Under the pieces are notes generated by a model that searched no databases, was not told the origin of the DNA, and was given only the letters and a program-made list of their open reading frames with translations. Positions 53,366 through 64,000 of a stretch of 64,000 nucleotides of DNA are shown one piece after another. Both the position numbers and the translations under genes were made by a program. Every line of letters begins with the position of its first letter. Positions within the stretch are counted from its first letter, which is position 1. The stretch lies in NCBI RefSeq assembly GCF_009914755.1, contig NC_060936.1; one strand, written 5' to 3'. The stretch is from the human T2T-CHM13v2.0 reference genome, Homo sapiens.

Positions 53366-55172
53366 AAACAAGTTTTTAAATGTTGGCAGCATATTTTCAC
53401 AACTGCAACCTAAACAACCACTGGAAGTGGGGGTCCACTTAAGTTTTGTTTGCCATTAGCTTAATAGGGGAAAGCTATTTTAATTTTCCCTGCAACTTTT
53501 TGGATATGAGTTATGATCTCAAAATGTCATTTAACTATTGCACTAAAAAGTAATTTGACCTTGGAACTCCTTTCTAGATGGAAGGAGAATAAAGACATCT
53601 GTAGCATGTAATTCTATTTTTATTTCTTGACTACATAACCTAGCAGTGGTCTAATACTGACCGTTTCAATTTAAATGCTGGAAAAATACTGACCAAGACT
53701 TTCTGTGAAAAAGATAATGGAAAACAGAAACCAGTTAGTAAAGCCATGCAAATAGGAAGTGATTTTCAGCCCCAAGAGGACTTTGTATCATCTATGGCTC
53801 CATTTAAACCCAAGTAGCATCTGTCCTGGTGGATTTTGAACATCCTTTTGATTTAACACAGAAGAAGGTTTGTTCTACCTTTAAAAGCATATCCTCTTTT
53901 TTCCCCCAACAGACTCCTCAACAAGTGGCTTCTAAGACAAGACTGGGGTTGTTTTCTTACTGAAAATCCTGTGTTTATCCAGTCTTTTCCTTTTCAATTT
54001 CTGAGTTTAGCTTACCTAACAGCAAAACAGAATCCTCAAATTTCTCACAGAGCAATGAAAAGCAAAACAGTTGGTTTCTCTGATCAACATCATTTTCAGT
54101 ATGAAAACAAAAGTTATGACTCCTAGACCTTTGAAATATTTACAAATTGTACTTTAAACAACGAGATTTTTCAGTGTGCTTCTAAAACAAAGTAAAGGGA
54201 TCAGAAAATGTGGTTCAAGTCAAGTGTGCAAAGCTCTCGAAGAAAGGTCCTGCAGCCTGGACAGGAGTACAAATATTCTCTTATACAAGTTAAATGTACT
54301 CTTTTCCTCCACAACATTTTTGAAATGAAACAGCAAATGCATTTATACTCACAAATCAGTCAAAAGGCCTCTTCTCCTTATTAAGCCCTTTACACACAGA
54401 TGATAAAAGCAAGGTTTTCCTACAATAGATGTGGCCCTACCACATATTCAAGATACAATCATCCTACCATCAGTTAGGTTATGCTTTAAATATTTTGAAA
54501 TCAGGTATCCTTAACTACTGATTTCCTTTTAGAAACTATCTTGAGTGTTAGATTTTCATAATTACACCATTTTTAACTTTTAGCTTTTTAAACTTCTAGA
54601 CAAACTATATGTTTAAGCAAAAACAAAAATAAAAATCCTCAAAAAAAGTAATATCAGAGTTTTAATTTCAACCAGCTGGCACAACAATGAAAGTGTCAGA
54701 CTTTCTGAAAGTACTCGAGAAATAATGAATAAATTCTTAATGTTTTCCCCTCCACCGCCCTTTTTTATTCTCCAAGATTAGGAATTACTACGGATTAGGT
54801 TTTTGAAAATAAAGTTTCCTTTTTGGAAAATGGTCTACATTCAGAAATGTCTTAGAACAAGCATTTAAAAAAAACTAATAAATAATCATAAATCAAAATA
54901 CATTAAAATAAAATTACAGTACATCATCGCTCCTAGAAAATTCACCATACAAGACGATCCTTTCAAAGGTTCATAAATAAAAGTCTTCTTGACTCGAAAT
55001 CGTTTCCTGCATCGTGATGAAAAGTATGCAGAAAACTAAGAAGAATCGCAAGTTTTCAGTAGGGTGATGTCCAAACTACTTGATCTGGTGCGGGGCGGAG
55101 AGACTGTTTTGCTTTTGATCCAAGTGAAGACAATAGAAATGTGCTCGTCCCACTTCCTCAAGTCCTCAAAAC

Positions 55173-55589
55173 CTGGAAAGAAATGACACCGAGTGAAGTA
55201 GGTGGCTAAGAACCCTCCGAGACCAGTTCTGTTCGGGCCAGTCCGCCTGACAAAGCGGGCTCAGAAAGACACCGTGGTGTTTCCCTCAACTGCCCAAACT
55301 TATAGTCAAGTGGGGCTGGGGGACGCACCACGGGACAAGGACGGTCGTGATGGGCGCGGGCGCGGGCGCGGTCCGCGAGGCCCCCTGCCTGGCCCGGATC
55401 TCCCCAGCCTCCCCTCTCTGCCCAGCTCTCCTGGCCCCAGCTTGTTTCTGTTCCTTCCATTGCCCCAGAAACTTGGTATGAGTTTTGATTTCTCCATACA
55501 GGAGCCGAACCTGTGAACAAGCTTCCTACTCCTCCCAACTCACTACCCCCGAGACCCACTCCTCGGGAGCGCGAGTGCCGGGACCTTAC
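55173..55589 (-). other. PHLDA1: PHLDA1 intron in the 3' UTR (417 nt, GT-AG)
   Basis: On the minus strand, donor AAG|GTAAGG at 55590/55589 (26 nt after the stop) and acceptor TCATTTCTTTCCAG|G at 55173/55172. GC-rich sequence switches to AT-rich UTR at the acceptor. Confidence 0.88.
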
Positions 55590-55615
55590 CTTGTCTTGCC
55601 CGGGAGCTGCCCCTT

Positions 55616-56219
55616 TCAGGCAGAGTTGGAGGTGCTGCGGAGAAGCCGGTGCCCGTGCGGCTGCGAGTGCGGCTGTGGGTGTGGGTGCGGTATTTGGTGC
55701 GGATGCGGGTGCGGGTGAGGGTGTGGGTGCGAGTGAGGATGAGAGTGTGGATGTGGATGTGGATGCGGATACGGGTGGAGCTGCTGGGGCTGAGGCTTGG
55801 GTTGGGGCTGAGGCTGGGGTTGTGATTGGGGCTGGGGTTGCGGCTGAGGCTGAGGCTGGGGTTGGGGCTGGAGCTGCGGCTGCGGCTGCGGCTGCGAGGG
55901 GGGCTGCTGCTGGACCAGGTGCTGCTGCTTCTGCCGCGTGGATTTGACCGCCAGGATGGCCTGACGATTCTTGTACTGCACCATCTGCAGCGTGATCTCG
56001 GCGTTCCAGCCCTGGTCTTGCGGGCACCGAAAGTCGATCTCCTTGCCCTCTGCCATCACCACAGTGAAGTACATGTACTTGCCCTTGCGCTCCACACAGT
56101 CCACGGTCTTCATGTTGGAGAAGTGCAGTTCCTTGAGCTTGACCGGCGGCTCGAGGCTGGCGACAGCGGGGCCACTGGGTTGGGACGGCTCGGCCGGCCC
56201 CTGCCCGGGCTGTTGTTGC

Positions 56220-56251
<32 letters not shown>

Positions 56252-56818
56252 GTGTTGCAGCTGCTTGGGCGGGATAAGCAGCAGCCCTTCCTCGGTGAGG
56301 ATGCAACACTTTTTCTTCCAGAGCTGCAACAACCCGTCGCTGCGCTTCTCCAGCACGCCCTCCTTCAGCGCTTTGCAGCCGCTACTCTCCAGCATCCTCC
56401 CAGCATAAGAGGGGCCGCCGCTTGGCTCGGCCTCTCCGTTTCCAGCCGCGCGGGCCGGGGGCAGCAGCAGCAGCCTCGCGCCGTCCTCGCCCCAGCGGCT
56501 CCCACGGCCGCCTGCCCGGAGCGCGCAGAGGAGGCTAACACGCAGGAGGCAGAGCGGCGGCGGCGGCTCTGGGTCCCGGCAGAGGGACAGCCGCGTCCTG
56601 ATGCGCCACAAGGTCCCGGAGCTCCGAGCTGCCGGGCCTCTGCCGTCCTCTTGCGAGCGCTCACTGAAGGGCACTGGCCGGGCCCCCTCGCGGCGCTTTT
56701 GAATGGGCCATCTTCCCCACCCCCGAGTGACACCCAGCGGAAAAGGCGGCTCCTGGCGCCCGCACCGCGGGGGAAAGCCCAGCTCCAAGAGGCGCTCGGC
56801 AGCCGGCGCACGCCTCAT
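55616..56818 (-). CDS. PHLDA1: Pleckstrin homology-like domain family A member 1 (TDAG51), long 400-aa ORF; a shorter 259-aa form starts at the in-frame ATG at 56395 (MLESSG...)
   Basis: Translation shows the PH domain ([25 protein letters not shown]...[26 protein letters not shown]...IDFRC...WNAEIT) split by a 14-Q tract, then PQ and PH dipeptide repeats and C-terminal RSTSNSA. This is the recognised PHLDA1 architecture. The whole CDS is in one exon. Confidence 0.98.
55650..55895 (-). repeat. Coding hexamer repeats encoding the PQ and PH tracts
   Basis: CAGCCN and CA(C/T)CCN iterations in the PHLDA1 C-terminus. Confidence 0.9.
56210..56251 (-). repeat. Coding CAG/CAA repeat, 14 Gln: (CAG)4 CAA (CAG)6 (CAA)2 CAG
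   Basis: Counted directly from the sequence. Confidence 0.95.
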
Positions 56819-59025
56819 TAACTTGGGGCCTTTCCAAAGCCCGCTGCGTCCACGCCCTCCAGCGTCTCTTGCTCCGCCTCTCGCCGCCCACTTGCTTCCG
56901 CGCTCGTTCCCCTGGAAGGCGACCCGGACCCGAGCCCCGGAAACTCCTCTCCTCTACCCAGGGCGATCGCCCAAGGAGCCCTGGCTGCCTGACTACTGCC
57001 GACGCTCACAGGGCGCTGCGAGGCCATCCCCCGCGTCCCGCTTCTCCCCGGCCCGCGGGACTCTCTGCTAACAGCCTCAGAAAGTGAGGACGGGGGCGCG
57101 GAGGCGGGGGCAGCCTCCAGGCAGTGCTGCCTCTCGGTTCTTGGGAATTAGCCCGGGGGATTCGCGCTGGGCTCCGAGAGCCCGCAGAACCAGCGTCGTG
57201 TCCTGGGCGAGCTGGGAGGCCGGGGCCGAGTCCCGCGAGTCCCGCGAGTGTGCCTCCCCCGGACGCCTAGGTAAACAACTGAGCGCACAGAGGCCGAGAG
57301 GACATCGTGTCTTCCCACGCATATTCGCTCACGGTCACTAAGTAGCTCTTCTTGGAAAGAGGGCGATTGTTAAAGCAATAGTGCGACTGTCGGGCTTGCC
57401 ACGGGTGGAGAGAGGCGGACCCACGTCAGGTCGCATCTCGCCTGCTTTTCTCGACCCCGACCGCAGGCGCTAACCCGTCTTCGGCTTTCTTCTTGACCCG
57501 TACGGTTTGCAACGTCTCTTAAAACAGTAACTCAACTCTCTACAAACCGGGGTAATATCCGGTGCTGAGATCCCACACTGCAAGGCGCAGTTCCAAACGT
57601 CTGGTCGGCCTCGCAGGTCCCTCTTTCCAAGGCCTAGCCAGATCTTGGTTTTGGAATCTCATTTATCTGTGACCTGGGGAATGCAATACCCCCAGCTCCC
57701 TCCTACTCCTACATTTAAACAATGCCTATAGAAGCCGCTTCCTGGGAAGTAAGGCATAACCGAGACCTAGCCTCCCGGTAGGGAAGTTCATCCGTTTAGT
57801 AAACAGCCCCAACTACGTGCGGACCCTCACGGGGATACGAAGAATTCAACCAGGGCTGGACAAGTCAGAGTGGGCCAAGGTAAGAGTTACGGCTGCTACT
57901 GTGCCCACGTTGGAACAGATAGATTAGTTCATCTGCTAGTTGTGTGGCAAGAGCAAAGAATTCAAGAGGGGAAGAGAAAGTGAGAGGAGCTTAGAGAGCT
58001 AAGCAAGAATCGAATCCTTTGTGTGTCATGGTAAGAAATTCGAACTTAATACCAAGGTAGTCAGAACAAAGGACAACTTTTATACACGAGGGCGTCCTGA
58101 ATATTCATCTAAGAAACAATGTCTGATCAAACGGGACAATCCAGCCAGCAATCCTGAGTCCCACCGGATTATGTTTGGCCAGCTTTCTAGCCTTCACATT
58201 GTTAATTTATTAGCAATCTTTTCAGGAGAAAGGCAATTATTAAAATTATGTGGACTTCTAGTAAAATTATCTCGAAGATTTACAATTATGTATACCAATA
58301 ACAAAAAAACTACATGTTTTCTGCTCCCCTGCCTTTGTAGGACAAGTGAGCATTCCAGAGAATTTCTACATGACCAGCTGTTCATTCTTTTAAGAGGATG
58401 ACATTCTTCAGCTCATCTGGAAAGGATACTTCCTTTAAGTCTGTTATTCACAGTCTCCAAGGGCAGGTGTAGTTGGGAAAGACATTTCATATGGAAAAAC
58501 AAACTTGATAGGGTAAAAAAAAAAAAAATGAGATGTAATCTGGAGGCCCAAGTCATTTTCTTAGGAGAAACTCAAATGTGTTTGGTGTTATCTAACCTTC
58601 TGCAGTTTATCAGTCTGAAACAAATGCATTCTATTCTCATTTGAAAATGTCTGAACAGCCACCAATTTTCAAAATCACCCATTTAACTAGAGACTTTAAA
58701 GCCCAGAATTTGCAGTTACGTATTTCAGAATGATTTAGTAATTTTGTGAGCAGCTCAGAGGTTAAGTCTACAATGTCTGACTACGGTGCATTATTGAAAA
58801 TATCAGTAGTGTAAGGATCCCGTAGATTGGTGATAACTTTGCTCTTAATTTGTTATTTCAACAGTTACCACCAACAGTTGGTGACTTAACAAATTAAGAG
58901 CATAGTTGCCATATGCTCATATTTGGCAAATATGTCAAAATGGCCATATTTGCCAATTTTTAAGACAATAAATTCACAGAAAATGCATTACAGAAAATAA
59001 CTTAAAAAAAAAAAAACAACTTTTG

Positions 59026-59317
59026 GGCCAGGCATGGTGGTTCACACCTGTAATACCAACACTCTAGGAGGCTGAGGTGAGAGGATCCCTTGAGCCCAGG
59101 AGTTTGAAACCAACCTGGGCTACATGGCAAGGCCTCCCTCTACAAATGTAAAAAAAAAATTAGCCAGGTGTGGTGGCATGCGCCATGTAGTCCCAGCTAC
59201 TTGGGAGGCTGAGGTGGAGGACTGTTTGAGCCCAGAAGTTCAAGGTTGCAGGAGCTAGGATCGCACCACTATACAAGCCTGGGTGGCAGCAAGACCCTGT
59301 TTAAAAAAAAAAAAAAA
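59026..59317 (+). mobile_element. AluJ
   Basis: Dimer with poly-A tail. Confidence 0.9.
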
Positions 59318-59479
59318 ATTCAGCTGTATATGCAATGAAAACCTACAAGTCACTGAAAAGTTACTGAAGTTTAGAAAACTAGCCAACAAAATCATTGCTT
59401 TGGTAAACAAATTTGAAATGGCTAATTGAAAGTACATTTTACAGCTGGCAATATAAAGTTATCTATCAGCAGCACTGGA

Positions 59480-61245
59480 CAGTTCATTTTCTTCTCTTGG
59501 ATAAAGTTTATCACTTGGCTTCAAGGACATCACTCAGTTTTCCTTTACATCTCCAGTGTCTCCTCTATGAGGTGCTTTCTCTTCTCTCCAAACTTTTAAT
59601 GTTGGAATGCCCCAAGTCTTTGTCTTTGGCTCTCTTCTTTATCTACACTCATTCCCTTGTTGATATCCAGTCTCATCACTTTTAATAACATCTATATGCC
59701 AGAGTCCCAAATTTATACCCCCAACTTATATCCAACTGCTTACTGCCGAAGAATAAAACACTGAAGTTAAAAAATAATAAACATACCAGGCAAGGGAACA
59801 CTTACTAGTAAAGCCATTTACTGAGTAGTTCACTAGAGGTTTAAGTCTGAGGGGATTTTAGGTCATAGGAAAAAAAAAAAAAAACTGAAAAAGAACACTC
59901 GGATGGTCAGAGGAGTCTGTAATTCATACACAATAGGTTTTAACAAATTCCTACATGGAACTGCTCCAGTTTATAGGTTAGAATTAACTATAGTGAAAAA
60001 CAGCCTTCAGTTTTTATCAATTCCAGGCCAGTGAGTGCTACTATAAGTTGAAAATTCTCCATTTACACTTCTCTACAGTACGGCTTGTGTAGTCTAAGAG
60101 AAATCAAACATGTGAATGAGCTCCCAAACTATTTTCCTCACTCTAACCTACTCTACCTGCAGCCCCCTTTCTCAGTTGCCAGCAATCCTCTGTACAGATG
60201 CTCAAACTAAAAACCGTAGATCAGTACTGCCCTTACACCAGGCCAGGAAAGGCCCTTATCCAAGGCCCTGAGCTTTAGGATTGAGTGCTTTAGAGTCAAG
60301 ATGACATGTCAATCTAGAGAGCATACTCATTCTGCACTACACTCTAGGTACTCAAGACCCCAAATACCCTGCCCAGAATAGCCCCAGCTGTTCCAGGAAA
60401 TGCATTACATCATCATTGCATGCACTGATGTGTTAGGGGGATAGGGCAGTTCGAATATACTGGTTATGGCATCCAAGTAAATGTGCAGGAGGCCCCTTGC
60501 CATACAGTTCAGAGCCGGGGTGGGAAGAAAAGGAAGGTGGCTCATGGGCTGAGGGTCAGCTCTGCCCGCAAGTTATATTCTGGCATAAATACAAACCTGG
60601 CTTCCCAGTTCTAATGAAAGTTTGTCAAGACAGGCACATTGGGCATATTTTCATTAAACAGTACTTTTAAATATTTAAACATACGGTATCTCCATTGTAC
60701 TCTTGCCCCAGGCCTTCAAGTGTGTAGAATCATGCCTGCCTTGTAGTAATTTTTTTCTCTCCCAATATTTAATCTACACATTTAGTCAGGAAATCCTACT
60801 GGTTATGCCTTCAACTACATCTGGATTCTGTCCACTTCCTTCATTACCACCCTGATCCAAATCACCATCATATCCCCCCACTGGATTACTATGATGGCCT
60901 CCTAACTTGTCTCCCTGATTCTATCCTTGTTATCTATTTTCAGCATAGCACCCAAAGTTATCTCCATCACTTTCTTCAAGTCTTGGCTCAACAGGCCTAT
61001 CCTGATCACTCTCAAATGGTAGCCACTCAATTCCCCTTAATTTTTCCCATAGCATATATTATCTTCTAACATGCTACTCAATAATTTATTGTACCTATTG
61101 CTTATTTCTGTTCCCCTTCCCACTAGAATAGTATGCAAGCTATTCAAGAGGGCAAGGACCATTGTTTCTGATGTGTCCCAATCACCTAGAAAAAGTCTTG
61201 ATACCAAGTAGATGCTCAACATAGGTAGAAATCTTGAATTGAATT
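59480..61245. mobile_element. Fragmented L2 remnant with other insertions
   Basis: CTCTTCTTTATCTACACTCATTCCC..., CTGGATTACTATGATGGCCTCCTAAC... and a terminal AGTAGATGCTCAA...TTGAATTGAAT. Confidence 0.55.
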
Positions 61246-61664
61246 AGAAGTCCATACCCATCATAAAAAGAATATCAATTTTTTCAAATGCTTTTGACAG
61301 ATTTTTCATGATGCATCCTACTTTTTAAAACTTGAGATGTAAGGACTTGAAATTTGCCCTACAAACATATCTCTGGTATACTTTTTAAATGGATAACTAC
61401 ATGCTAGGCCTCTCTGAATCTTAAATGCTTTTATAGTCAGACATCTAAAATAAATCCCACAAACCTTTTCCCAAGCAACATGCAATTTAATATCATGAGA
61501 GGTGTTTATATAAACTAGTATCCTACTGTTTTCTAGTAAGAGTATTTAGAAGCATGAGAAACACAGTAATGGAACTGAGTTGGTAAGTTTCTTACTTGGC
61601 AGTTACATAGTCAAACACTTGACTAAAAGTCCATTAATCAATACTGGCTTAAAGACATGTAACA

Positions 61665-64000
<2,336 letters not shown>

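Larger units (their letters stand above)
55200..57520. promoter_or_regulatory. CpG island covering the PHLDA1 promoter, exon 1 and intron
   Basis: Very high GC content and CpG density compared with the CpG-depleted flanks; GC boxes near 56872-56890 and 57092-57110. Confidence 0.92.

Noticed and set aside
55826-56821. 331-aa plus-strand ORF (and the 145-aa poly-Cys ORF) antisense to PHLDA1
   Set aside because: Mirror of a GC-rich, repeat-laden CDS (poly-Leu/Cys from CTG); no recognisable domain.
60238-60737. Possible hAT DNA transposon within L2 (CAGGC...GCCTG ends)
   Set aside because: Only short terminal similarity and a poor TSD; the family could not be assigned by eye.

Overview
Primate (very probably human) genomic DNA, not prokaryotic: about 35 Alu elements or monomers plus L1, L2, MIR, MLT1 and hAT/Tigger fossils. 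The only supported protein-coding gene is PHLDA1 (TDAG51) on the minus strand. Its single coding exon is 56818->55616 (split PH domain, polyQ, PQ and PH repeats) inside a CpG island. A 417-nt intron lies in the 3' UTR, followed by a ~4.6-kb 3' UTR exon ending after AATAAA at 50554-50549. The first ~50 kb is the repeat-rich downstream flank. It holds a 5'-inverted L1PA with TSD, a Tigger1 with both TIRs, nested transposons and several AP-1/NF-kB/STAT motif clusters. The last ~2.3 kb may be the distal 3' UTR of the neighbouring minus-strand gene (NAP1L1, from memory of the locus). Most other listed ORFs are Alu, microsatellite or antisense artefacts; a few are dead L1 or Tigger1 fragments. I see no clear new biological system. 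The best leads are: two strong candidate minus-strand exons downstream of PHLDA1 that could splice into an in-frame micro-ORF; an overlapping uORF and internal core promoter at PHLDA1; a 42-bp templated insertion inside a microsatellite; and an L1 inversion missing ~1.5 kb. Repeat boundaries and subfamily names were assigned by eye and are approximate.
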